Assembly: GCA_040954595.2 (NCBI GenBank)
Contig: CM082578.2
Span: forward strand, 11,787,166 to 11,851,165
DNA length: 64,000 nucleotides
Source of the DNA: Balanoglossus misakiensis
Lineage: Eukaryota > Animalia > Hemichordata
Direction: 5' to 3'
The stretch's first letter is position 1. Each line of letters begins with the position of its first letter. The position numbers were made by a program, and so were the translations under genes. Below are positions 29,997 through 42,700 of this stretch, piece after piece. The notes under the pieces were generated by a model. It saw nothing but the letters and a program-made list of their open reading frames with translations. It searched no databases and was not told the origin of the DNA.

Positions 29997-30130
29997 CTTT
30001 ATAACAAAAAACGTTTGGGTTAGGGCGCAGAAACTATATTCACATAGAAAATTTGTCCCCAAAATCCACGAAGGGAGGATTCAAGATGGCGTAATGCATA
30101 TGATAGGTCACGAGACCAGTGACGTCATGG
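29997..30130 (-). promoter_or_regulatory. Rab7 putative non-coding first exon and promoter
   Basis: Consensus donor AAG|gtgagt at 29997/29996 would splice to the acceptor at 28934. Nearby are a YY1-type CGCCATCTTG (~30082-30091, minus), a CLEAR-like GTCACGAGAC (~30107-30116) and a CRE TGACGTCA (30120-30127) in a CpG-rich patch. TSS position is inferred. Confidence 0.55.
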
Positions 30131-31298
30131 GATACCCAGCATGCCGAGCAGAACCACTTGATGTTGCCGATACAGTAGGAAGTTTCAATCCATAAAAGTT
30201 AAAACTTATTAAAAACAACTGCGAGAAAGTTTAAAGGTTTTCTTTCAGTCAAACCTTCTTGAAAGCTGTCTTAATCAATTTTGATATATGTACATGTACA
30301 TCATAAAATTATAAATACAAATTTTACAAGGTTTGACACATGTGTTTCAGTTGATTCAATTTAATATGTACATTGTATATGCAATTTCTGCAGACCTGTT
30401 AATGGTCATTGGATTTATAAATTTTCTGATATACAACATTATTTGTGTTACTTTATTTCAGAGTTTGCAATGTCTGCTACAAGTATATGGCACTTGCTGA
30501 TCATTTGAGCAGTATACAAGTATCTGGTAGGATTCAAACCTACAACCTACATCAACCAATTGCTTATTTATTCACTTGGATGTACATGTATTTGAAGTCT
30601 TTTTTTTTGGGGGGGGGGGGAGAGCTTTACTGGGGAAATCCAGCAAATTAATACCACAGACAGCAAAAAGCATTCTGGTTGATTTCCATTTTTATTCAGA
30701 GAACAAAAGATAACATACTGAAAAAGCTGAAAGGATACAATTCTCTTGATTATGAGAGTACAATCAGAGGGTAAGAAAATAAGGACCTCGTTTACAGCAA
30801 TCGTTAACATTGGATAAACTTTTCCCTGAACATGTGACATTTTTTTAAACATATGGGTACACACTTGTATATTTTTAACATATTTCATAATATGTAATTC
30901 TTTTTTCCATTTTTTTAAAATAAATATCCACCTGATATTCCTGAGAAAATGTCATACTTAAACACAATCTTCCAAGAACTGTGGAAATTACCACTTGTTG
31001 ACAGGTAACAAAAATATACATATTTTCCATACTTTTATTTATATTAACTGATATACTATTATTTCAGTAATGGGGTAATTTATGAGGGATGAATCAAGAA
31101 TTTTCTGTTAGAAAAGCAATCTCTAATGGTATAAATCAAAGGGATCTGTGCGTAATTTTATAGCACTCTGTTACTGTGCATGATTTACATGTACTTAATA
31201 GGTTCATCAAACGATGCTAAAGCCAATAAGCTTTTCACAGAACTTTGTCTGAATACAATCACACAGGTCAAATTTGGGTTCTTTTTATGACCCTTCAA

Positions 31299-34200
31299 TT
31301 ACTCTGACTTTGTCTTAGGGGCAGAGAAAGAATCTCGCACGATATTGATAATGTCCACGAACAAAAAGGTACCTGAGAAGACCATGGCAGTCCCTACCCA
31401 ATGATACGCCGTGAAAGGGTTCTGGAAATAATATATAGAGAATAACAAACTAACAAACTTCCTCAGTGTAATCACCAAGGTAACGACTAATGATGGACAT
31501 TCTGTTGTTAAGATGAATACTCCACTTATACAGACGTATCTGGAATGTATGATTTAAGGAATATACGCGAATGAATGGAAACTGGAACAATGAATACACA
31601 GTATCGCAATAAGTGATCTAAGTATGTTGATGCAACATGGGGAGTGTAGGTGTCTGCAGCAAATTGTACTTGTGATCTTGACAGCCACAGACCAAGCAGG
31701 AGAATAAACTGATGACCGACCGACAGACTGACAAACTGACTGAATAAACTGTTACAAAAGGATACTGTGTAATGCAGTTTCCAAGCAGATATATCCACAT
31801 CTTTGGTATACCAAATAACAATTCTGAAAAAAAGAACAGATACAATAATTTGAAGAGAAGATACAGATATGACTGATAAAGTTTAAATGCTAAATTAGGA
31901 CTCAATTGCCATGGCCCATATCAAGTTATACATTTCCTGTAGAACTAAAAGAATAACAGGAAACTTGCATGTCCATCTTTCTTGTAAATTTATAACCCAC
32001 ATGTCTATACATACCTGTTTGTGAGAACATTACTGCATGGTTGTAGATATCTTTACCAAGAAGCAAAAATGCTGGTAGAGGCAAGGCATGCTGTAAAAAA
32101 AGAAGTACATTAATAGCGTTAATGATCAGCAAATGTTAAAGGTATACAGTCACATGTGTAAGCTAGAGACCTAGCAAATCACAGATTTTCACTTGGGTGA
32201 CCACCATATATGGGCATATGTAAATTAGAGGGGATCAATATTCCTGTAAATGTAATGTTTCTCACTCTGTGCTGGTAAAACAATAAAATCGTTAGTGCAT
32301 TCATGTAACACAGGACACAGAACACTTATATTACTTGGCTAGCAACTTATTGCTATGGTAATTAACACTGTCTGTGTAGATCAGTAGATGGAGAAAATTG
32401 TAAACCAGACTTTCTATTAATTGATCAATTTTCTGAAATGGTTGGACTCAAAGTGGGTATATTACTCAAGGCAACCTGGGTCTGAAGTTATGTTCTATTT
32501 GCATAGATTTCGACACTAACGCCACGGAAGAGCGTGGAATACCAGTACATGTAGTTAGAAACTGTACAAACCTTTACACACATTTATATTTATGACTCTC
32601 AAGAAGACAATGAACAAGACAAGAAAGTAAAACAATCAAGTTAAGAAGGTTACAGATACATGTTATTTTATTTGTTGCATGGGAAATGTGCACAGTACAT
32701 TTATATTTAAATATGACACTGTTTCACTTCCACACGCAATTTAAAGTATCAGAACAACACACAGCGCCCTCTATCCAAGATAATGTGCAACTGGAACACT
32801 GTTCCAGAAATTGCTGACACCATTGTTAGTAGTTTGCACATTCAATACAAACATCACAGAGTTTGGATCTGACATTTCCCTGAAGGGTGTTATCGGTCCG
32901 GAAGGATGATAATCTGGGTGCTACTTACAGAATAAAACAAGGGCTCCATTGGCTGATTGGTTTTGTGGTTGTAAAGGGCGCCAAAAACGCATTGCAAATT
33001 GCAAGGGTGTAAAGGTCAAATAAACATAAATAAAAGTAAACGATAAACATAAATGATTTAAAAAAAAAACGGGCAGAAAATCGGTTGATTTACTCATTGA
33101 TATTAGCTGGAACTTGCAGCTGCATTTCATGCGAACTGTTCTGGGTCAAAGGCCATCTATTGCTGAAAACTACAAATTTCAGCAAGTGAAAGTCTTTTAA
33201 ACAAAAATTAAAACTTAAATTCAATTTAAGCAACAGCCAAAATGCAATGAGCGCCATGCTTTCATTGGACTGTGACTGGTCACTGCTTCATGCGGCGACC
33301 GTATCACATGACTGGCATGTTTCCATTCTTTTGGCAATCAGGCATCGATGGCTCTTGGCTACGCTCGTACATATACCGGTACAACATGTCAGTTTTGTAT
33401 GAAGCCTCAGACAAACGAACAGTTGTCTAAGATTAGGCCATGCATGTTCAAAGGACCAGGAATTCAGGAATAAACCTAATGATCTGCAGGGAGCGCTCAG
33501 GACAATCGGCTCAGCTTGCAAGCCCAGATGACTGACTGACTTTAAAAGTTTGATAAACATGCCACGTTGACTGAAATATTTAAGGTAAAAAAATACGACT
33601 TTACATTTAACTTACATTATAAAATAAGGCTTCCTTTGGTTGCTTGCCAAATTGTCCATAGACTTGTTCTTGATAAATACCCATCTTTGCAGACATAAAC
33701 AAGGCAAATATCAACATAGAAATTCCTGAAAGAAAGTGAAAAATGCAGCAACAGAATATATTGATAAACGTGTTCAAGTACGGAAAACATATTGTGCTGA
33801 CAAGAAAGCCATGTCCTGATGACTGACAGTTCAGAATTTTACAGGAAGCTGACTGACAATTTCTCATGGAAAACATCACATGTGGCAATTTTAGTTTATG
33901 TATAATTACCTAAAAACCATATCGAGAAATCATACAAAGCATCTCCTGTTGATGTCATAGGGTCTTCCTCTGACGCCTGCAAGAAACAAATTTGAACACT
34001 CAATAATGCAGATGAGTAAATATAAAACTAATCATACATGTACACATGTAATTAAATAGTTATAACACCCTGTGTGAGGACGGCCTTGGAATATACAGGC
34101 AAATCTCATGCAAATACATTGTACCCTAGAATGTTGAGCTGCCTGCATGATCCCGCCATGGGGTTCTATCATATTGGTGTGGCTGTAGCAATACTCACCA

Positions 34201-35464
34201 CTTGCTTAGCTGATGCTATTGTTGCTGTACTGATGCCAACAGTGATCATAATAACTGCTACATACTTGGAAAGTTTGTACCTGTCACACACAAAAAATAA
34301 AAGTACATTCAAGTTATACTATTCTGTGACCAACAATAAAATAAAGGGGCACGGAATAATTCACTAAATATTGCAGAATTCCCTGAAACAATTTTGAATT
34401 TTTCCAAAAGTTTTTTCACTGAAATGTAATTTTTAAAGTGCCTGACGATTTTAATTTGTGTTTCTATTCTCATTATTCAGAGATTATCAGATCTCTTATT
34501 GAAAATTATATGAACTTACTTTTTCTTGAGTATAATAATTCCCAGTATCATATTAGCCAACAGGGAACCCTGGAAAGGAAAGCAATGAAGCTCAATTACA
34601 ATCAACTGATATTGTATGTTTATCTCAAACAAGTGACATACTAGTACCACCTGATACAACTCCATAGTGATATTGCACATAACATACCAGTGCAAGGAAG
34701 CCGTAGTCAAGAAACGGTATACTACATTATAAGGTGCAGCTATGAAACACTTACAGCCCTGAAGATCATGTGTAGGGGTAAAGCGATGTTGAAGTTTAGC
34801 GCATAGTTGTTGACGACGCTGACAAGAAAGAAATAGGTCACCATTTTCGCGTAATGCCTGTGTGAATAAAAACATTGAAAAATGTACATCAGCAGATAGT
34901 ACATGCATTTATACCATTATGCGCTAGATGCTGACACTGGTGACAGAGATATACCAGTCAGGCAAAAGTCATGTATCAATTTACAATTGCTCTCTTTTTT
35001 ACAACAAGTGCAATTTTCAAAGGGGATGGGCAAATTTACAATCTGTATTTTTCGTGTTTTTTTCTGATTCAAACAAATCCCCCTCCCCCTCACTGGACTT
35101 ACTTGACAGGGATGGCAGGCTTAGTCTTTCCAAAGTTGTAGTAGTCAACAAAGCCCTCCAGAGCAATGAACAGAAACTGTGAAAATGTTACAATGTTTCC
35201 ACTTCCTGGGAATTCTCTGAAACAAAGCAGATCAGTGAATACACGATTTGTAACAGAAGTAAATGACTTTCATTTTAAGGATGTTAATCGTTTTAAGGAT
35301 GTTAATCGTTTTCCGACACACGATTTCTCCACGCCGGGGGAATGTTAGTTATCCATGATCGAGAAAAGTCGTAACACTTACCTCACGATCAGTTCGAGAA
35401 AGACAACATTGGTGCAACACCCAAAAAACACCAGGAATATTGCGAAAATGGCAAATGGTGACAT
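31299..35464 (-). CDS. SLC35B4: Nucleotide-sugar transporter SLC35B4 (UDP-xylose/UDP-GlcNAc transporter), 327 aa
   Basis: Ten exons complement(35382-35464, 35103-35216, 34755-34857, 34520-34569, 34199-34280, 33910-33976, 33616-33725, 32015-32090, 31766-31823, 31299-31539) total 984 nt in frame. Motifs VFFGCCTNVVFLEL, GNIVTFSQFLFIALEG, SVVNNYALNFNIALPLHMIFRAGSLLANMILG, KEALFYNHALPLPAF, TQYVCISGVFILTTEC and TLRKFVSLLFSIYYFQNPFT match the SLC35B4 family. C-terminal KTKSE fits a KxKxx ER-retrieval signal. Confidence 0.96.
31540..31765 (-). other. U12-type (minor spliceosome) GT-AG intron, last intron of SLC35B4
   Basis: The 5' splice site CA|GTATCCTTTT matches the U12 consensus RTATCCTTT. A branch point TTCCTTAAAT (31552-31561) lies about 12 nt before the AG, and there is no polypyrimidine tract. 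Confidence 0.9.
32136..32250. mobile_element. Degenerate TTAA-type (Kolobok-like) MITE in an SLC35B4 intron
   Basis: Begins TTAAAGGTATACAGTCAC and ends in a decayed inverted copy (...GGGGATCAATATTCCTGTAA). The right end is poorly conserved. Confidence 0.35.
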
Positions 35465-36659
35465 GGTGAGTCCCTCTCTCTATGGGGCGTCGCGTCTCCC
35501 AGGAAAGTTTTTTTTTTTTTTGCACAGTACTTTTTCTGGGCACTGTCCTTCGTGTCAAGAAATCAGGCACCACCGGTTTAATCCACCTGCTAGTTTAGGG
35601 ACAACCAATAAGTTAATTTGTCCAGAGAAACGAGGGTATTTCAGCAGATACACGTGCAATCGACCCGGCTTCATGGACACGTACAAATCAAGGGTTGGAC
35701 GTTGATATGTTTCCGGTTAACCTGAAGCGTTCACATCCGGCCCGGTCGACATCGACAGACGGTGTAACATTACATACTGACTCGACAGACGGCGAAATTG
35801 ACAATGATCATGCAGAGCGCCACCATAGACATTCCCGCATAGAGCCCTTTAACGCCTTTGGAAATTTTGAGTGAAATAAATAAGTGACCCTTCTCAATGG
35901 GAAACAGTGATTAAGTATCGCACATTTTATCAAATAGTTTGCCTTAATTACTGCTAGCAATTCTCTGCCCTTGTCTCAAATTTAACTGAGTTCAATTTTC
36001 AATACTAATAGGTGTATCTATTATAGAATGTTGCCATAATGAACTAACTTAGAGGGTTCAAGGATAGCCCCGAATGACCTCACCGGCTATGAATCTTGGG
36101 ATATCGCATCAACCCAAAATGGAAGGTAAAGTTGCTGCTAATGTGTCGGAAAAATTTGCCACAGTTTCCTTCTTCGCGTAAGACTTGTCGGTCCAGTTCA
36201 ACAGGAATGCTGTCTCAAGTTGTGGTTCACATTGCATAAGTATAAGCGACAGCTTGGAGTTTCCATTGCGAAATATTACGCCGATGAATCCAACACCGCC
36301 GGCCAGGGAGTCGGGAACTCATTCCCCCAGTCTTTCAACGTAGATAGCTGTACACATACGCCAGACGAAAGAATACTGAAAATCGAAGCAGGTTAGTGCA
36401 TCTGACGAAACATGTATTTCGTACTTGCTGCTTTGCAGACTGATCGGTTTTGTTCGTGAGCAAATGTAGCATCATAGTTATGCGGGGCAAGTGATCAAAT
36501 ATGTTCCCGTACCCAGCCTGTCTATTGACATTCATACGATCGATCAGCTGCGACATAAAAGCCTATTATGCGTGTCTGGTTAGGGCCGCTTTAAACAGAG
36601 GCAGAGGAGGTCATCTTATCGCCTTGACACGAACTAGAACTTTAAAGGAATGTCTGTTC

Positions 36660-36797
36660 GCCAACCTGACACCCGCCCGCCTTTACTTGTTCCCACCACT
36701 AATACAGTGAATGTTCATTTCAATAGCGCTGCATTGAAATGAACATTCACTGAACATGTACTGATTAACTGCATGTAAACGCCGAAGATGGCTGACA
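36660..36797 (+). promoter_or_regulatory. Putative promoter and first exon of the PCTAIRE kinase gene, divergent from SLC35B4
   Basis: GC-box-like CCCGCCCGCC (~36672), then AAGATGGCTGACA|gtgagt with a consensus donor at 36797/36798, at the right edge of the CpG-rich block shared with the SLC35B4 5' end. CpG depletion starts just downstream. Confidence 0.55.
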
Positions 36798-39700
36798 GTG
36801 AGTGACACACTGTAATTTCACCGACTGAAGTGATGAAGAGAATGACGTTGTGCTTTGTTCATACATATATCTGTGAGTCACCGCTGATCAAGTTTAATTA
36901 ATACCAGTGACTGATGTGAGATGTTTGCTTATAAGTTGTAATTGTATGTTATATTGTAGTTGAGACATTATTAGTGGTTTTCAAGTGATTACAATTCATT
37001 GGGACTCCAAAGAATGTATGCTCCAGAACACAATATCCAGCCCCCTTTCATTGGTTCTGCGACCATTTCAGAACGAAGATCAAGGCATCCCAGATTCATA
37101 ATTGTATGTACCAGGTATATGGAAGAAAAATTTGTGAGCATCACATGGAAGATTAATTAATTAATTATGTATCATTTATTAAACCATAATTATGGGTAAA
37201 CAACACTTTATGCTTTTTACCCATGGTCTGAGCATGTTTTTTATTTTAGCTGAAAAGGAAAAACTTTCAAATTCATGTAGTAAAATAAAATAAAATTTAG
37301 AATGGTTAAAACTGGCTCATATGAATATTTCAGACATTTTCTCATCACAGAATTTTGAATTTACATAAACACTGCCCTGTGTGCTAGTATTGATTATTTT
37401 AAATTTGTTGCGGATGACAAATTATTATCTGATATGGAAGAGTCTTAGCATGACATTATTGATTACATGTATCAGCTGGAAATTGATTTCTTGAGAAGAT
37501 GGATTTTTTCCCAACAGAAGAAAGGAGAGAAAGAGTGATTGAAATCATCAGCTGTAATCAGTCTGTGAGTTATGTAATTTCAATTGAATGAGAGGAACAG
37601 TGGGTAAAGTGGGTTGTTCACTTCTACAATGTACGGATATCAACTTGACAAATGCTGTACTGCTGGGTCCTTTTTATTGATTATAAAATCAATAAATAAA
37701 CGCGGTAAGACCGGAAACGTGGGAGGAAAACGCACATGTGTTCGCTTGGCGTGTGACACTCAATCCTTAAGAGATGGGAACAGAAGTCTTGAGACCAGAC
37801 TGTACGTAAACAAAAAGGTCTACCCCCATGTTGGGTTTTGCTATTGAGTTGCCCAATGGTTCTAATTTGCCACAGCTAGAGGCAGTCGAGTAACTTGGCG
37901 ATAAAAGGCGGTGTAAATTTCACCAGTTGAAAGAGAACGGAAAACAGGGGCAGGGAAAATGCAGCTCTGTTTTCCAAACTTAGCTTTGGTTACCCACACT
38001 CGTACATGCAGCCACCAGCAGTAGACTTGTGCTAAATATGAGAAAGTGGAAAGGCAACTTGTAAACTACACACAATGAGAATCAAATACATGTTGTATGA
38101 TGGCACAGAAACATTACATAGACACCACAGGTACATGTATGTATGCCCTGACCTTGTTTATTGACGGTTGAAGTCATGAAGTCCATGTAGCACAGAGTCA
38201 GTTGTTGGCCAATTCAATCCTGTAGATCAGGTTTGATGCATGCACACACAAGAAGTACTACTGGTAAATGATGTTCTTGGTATAAATTACACCTAATCTT
38301 TGGGAGTTCTCCCTCTCTCACATGTGCAAATGTATCTCTCCTTCAGATGGAGTCAATTTCTCTGGCGTAATCCAAATCAGTCCATGCAAAACTGCCTTGT
38401 GCACACTGTTGCAACTCTGGTTCTGTCTGGTGTGACCCCCTGTCCATGGACCCTTTTATAGAACTCCCCAGGTGTGTGAGCCAGTGATTTGACTGCTGCA
38501 TGCCATGGCTATTGTTCTCAGGGGTTCCACTCTCTATTGTTGAGTTTAGTGACCTGAATATTCATAAGGTCTATAGGTGTTGATGTCATCCCAGTCACTG
38601 TCAGTGTCAGTCACTGGTTATGTAATCCTTCAAAAAGAAACAAAAACCACACACTCCAAAGGCCCACTCTGCCAAAGCCATCAAATATGATACTGACCAG
38701 CTGTGGTGAGAGTGGCACATGGTTGCAGACCTCATGACTAAAGAACGGTTTTACTAGTAAGTGTCAACACCCTCTGTGGTCTAGTGCCATGTCGGTCAAG
38801 CTGATGATGGCTACTAACCAGCACAGTCAGAACACCCAGCATCTTTCTGCATGTTTCAACATTTTGCTTGCTATTATTAAAATGACCATATAGCATATGG
38901 CAGTCAGATAAACTTGCACCAATTGCTAGTATTTAAAAACCATAATTTCTGTCTCTTCAAATTTATGAACGGGGGTAGCCTTGTATGGATTTTAGCCTGC
39001 TGCCATATTGGAGCATACATTGCATGACTGTGTGTGTGTGTGTGTTTTGCAACCACTAGCCCATATATAACTTCCAAGTTCAGGACAAGAGAAATAGTCT
39101 GCTTTTTGGTAGAATTTGGTTGTCAGATCTATTGATTAAAATGAACTCAATTATTTTTATTCAACTGGACTATGTAGAACCACACCCATGATTGCACGAC
39201 ACTCAATTTCTAGATACAATGTACAAACGAAATGACTCATACTGTTGAGATGTGGCTCAGAGTGGAACGCTTAATCACAGCTCATCTGGGGAACAACTGT
39301 GATCAAATGTACATGTACCCAGAATTACTCGTCATATAAAAACAAAATGGACATATAAGTAACGAGTAGTATTTTCCCAGACTTAGCAAAGACTCTCCAT
39401 CACTTCTGCTTAATCTGGGGAACAAGAGAAACTTATTGTCACAATAAATTATTTTTTATGCAAATAGCCAATAGTGTATCAGAAATTCCTATGGCGAACC
39501 ACGGTCACTCCACCTGACCGGGGGAGATCAGTGACTTGTATTTGAAGTGTTTGAAACTGTGCTTTTCACCAAGAAAATGCCATTTTTATGAACAGTATGT
39601 ATTCTACACCCTTGCAGAGAACAGACAACCCCGAGAGAGTGGCACATGTTCTTGCTTGAAAGAATTTATTTGTATAGCTTGACTCTAAATGTTTTATGTT

Positions 39701-42700
39701 TATGATACTGTACTGTGTTAGGGTCGTAAGTTTAGTTACAATTGTGTTCTGCTCATAAATGAGTCATAAATGTAATACATTGTACATGTGACACTTCTGA
39801 GGCCGTGTTTTATATTCACACAGTGAGAGAAATATAAAGTGTTCTAAAACAAATGTTATGAGCACAAACAGGGTCTGAAGTCTTTTGTGAATTTTTTGTT
39901 GTCACAAATGGGTTCAGATGGTGCAGACTTCGCAAATTTATGTCGTCTGCAGGTTCTAGGGAACACACTTTAAATATTGAATGGGATGCCATAGACAGTA
40001 AATGAAATGATGATTGTCTTGACCTCTGACCTGATCTGTGGTAATGAGGAAGGCCAACGAGATATCACTGTCTTCTCATAAAAAACTCCGCGCAGTCACA
40101 TCACACACTCTTCACATTCTTTTCCGGAATATTACTTGGAAAGAAATTGACTCGCACGGCAACCAGCAACGGAAATAGACACAAAGCAAAAAGGGAATTA
40201 TGCTTCATTTTGCTTTATTACTTGCTCTTTTGTGGCAATAACCATTGGTGCATTTGAAATCACCAATCAGAATGACATAGATACTCCATCAGGAAGCCCC
40301 TACAAATATAACAGCATGCATTATAGCAAGATTTGCTGAACATAAATTGTTATGTCATGATTGGATGCAGTGAACCACACGCTACATGTATATGGAGTTT
40401 GGACAGTGATATACTGTACCATGTCTGTTCAACCATATGGATTGGCTGGGCTGTGCTAATCAGAACTGGTACACTGGTGTATACGTACATACATGCGTAT
40501 GATGTAAATTACTGGCAGACTTACATCATTCACATGAATTTTTCATAGAATGTCAATCCAACATTTGTGATAAGTGGATTATTACCAATTATTGGCAGGA
40601 AACCTCTGACTTGCAGATGCAATTGATTTTGACAGATGCCATTTGTATAGTGTGGGTGTTTTAATTAAAAAAGACTTCTACTGCTTTGACTTGTTGTCCG
40701 TCTTGGTTCACCTGGGAGTAAGTGAAAAAAAACCTGAAAGTTGCAATGTCTGGATATATGACACACAACAGGTAGAATTTTGATTCCAGCTTCTGTTGTT
40801 CATGTACATGTACCTGGGTAACAACATGTAGCTTTTCCAGATGTACGTAGTATCCACTCCAGGTATTATTCCTCCTTTTATATTATCCCCCAAAAGATTA
40901 CACTGACCTTAGGCTGTGGAACCAGTGGAGGCCCTTATGTCAGTTTCGTGCTGCGTTGTTGCTACGGCAACCAGCCCACCCAGCCAGGGGGAAACAAGAA
41001 ATGCGTGATTAGTTTATATGGAAATGCGTTTTCATTGAGTTCACTGCATGTGACAGAATAACTAGCGTCAGTGAAGTTCATGCTTACCTGGAAATCAGTT
41101 TCCGTGGCATCCCACCGGAAATCAGTTTCCACGGCAACCCATGATCATGTCTCAGGCAGAGGGTAAAAATAAATTTATTCTTTTATAGTTCTAGGGAAAC
41201 ATGACATCCAGATATACCAGTGATATACCATGTCTGTTGTAAGATTTTCTTTACATGATACTGGCAAATTATGAATTTACTTTTTTGGCCCTGAGTTAAT
41301 AAATGATGTCGCCTCATGTACATGTACATGTAACCTTATCCGGATAATACACTTAGCATGGAAGGTATCCTTCAGAAAACAGTGCCACTTTCTTTGCTGT
41401 CATGCTATCTTGCCAATTCAAGTACCATGATGGTGTTACTCTGAGGTGTTGGTTCATTTAGCAGCCTTATCTGTGCAACACGTTCAACTCTGAACCAGGT
41501 GTTTTGAGCCCTGTTGTGTACTGACCACCTGTTTGTAAACAGGTCGTCACCGTGGCCTTTATACAGTTGTGAAATTGTTGTGTCATGTCAAGTCATGTGA
41601 TGTCATGTCATGATGGGGTACACTTCCTGTTGCTGCACAAACACATGGGCCGGCATCTTAAAAATAATGTGACTGGAGATAGTACAGAAGAATATATATC
41701 TTTGTTCTTTGTGACATGTACATGTACTTAGCTATCTTCAAGTTTGACATTTGATCAATTATATTTTTATCTAGGCTTTAGCAAACCCCGACCTAACAGT
41801 AACACATCAGATAGCATATGATAAACCTGACACAAAAAGAATCACATGTAATGCTTTGATTTTCAATTGGTGTACAACCGTGAGTCATGTTAAAATGTGA
41901 AAGGTAAATCGGTATGGGTGAGAACACTTCACTCATAGATTTCATTCACTCAGGCCTTTCCTGATCAACACGGAACAAAAAATCTGCCAGAGGGCTGCAT
42001 TGTTTAATGGATATTCCAAAGAGACTGCGATGAGCCCCGGAGTTCATTCAGTTACTCTAAATGCTTTACCTCCATTTCTATCTCTTCTGATAAATGCAAA
42101 TTGTAGATGGTGGAAGTAAAGCTCGTGGGCTTCAAGATTCACAACTTAGAAAGTGATTTTAAGTGAATAAGGCCTTTTTTTTTTTTTTTTGAGTTAAAAG
42201 GTATAGGTTTAATATAATTGTGTGAGAGAGAGAGTGCTAAAATGTACATTTATCAATACAAGGCAGCATACATTGCAGATGTCCCTAAGAAATTGCTACA
42301 TGTAAAACATTCAAAAGATATGATGGCCCGAGAGATTGCAGTGGACGGGCCAAGAGATGGACTTCAGACAAATAATATTGATGGCCCAAGAGATTGTCAT
42401 AGCATAGAATTTGCCTCCACGTACATGAACATATGCTACATAGATTGCCTCTAGATTCGGGAGCCTTGTCTGTCTGTCTTTCATTTGCATCATGTTGCAC
42501 GACCAGAATACACCGGCCTGGTACATGTATCTGTCCTGCTTTATCTTGACTCTGACATTAAGACAGGACAGAGCCAAGAAAGATCAGGATGCAGTAGGCC
42601 AGGAAACACCTGGCGTGATTCAAGGCTTCATGTGTATCTATTCTGGTAGTACAACTCTATGTATTGTCGCATACTGTACACTGTTCATCCACTTTGACTG

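Noticed and set aside
35273-35312. 18-bp exact tandem duplication in SLC35B4 intron 1 (similar 24-bp duplicate near 4868-4918)
   Set aside because: Ordinary slippage duplications with no evident function.
40005-40035. ATGATGA...CTGA resembling C/D snoRNA boxes
   Set aside because: The boxes are only ~20 nt apart with no terminal stem.
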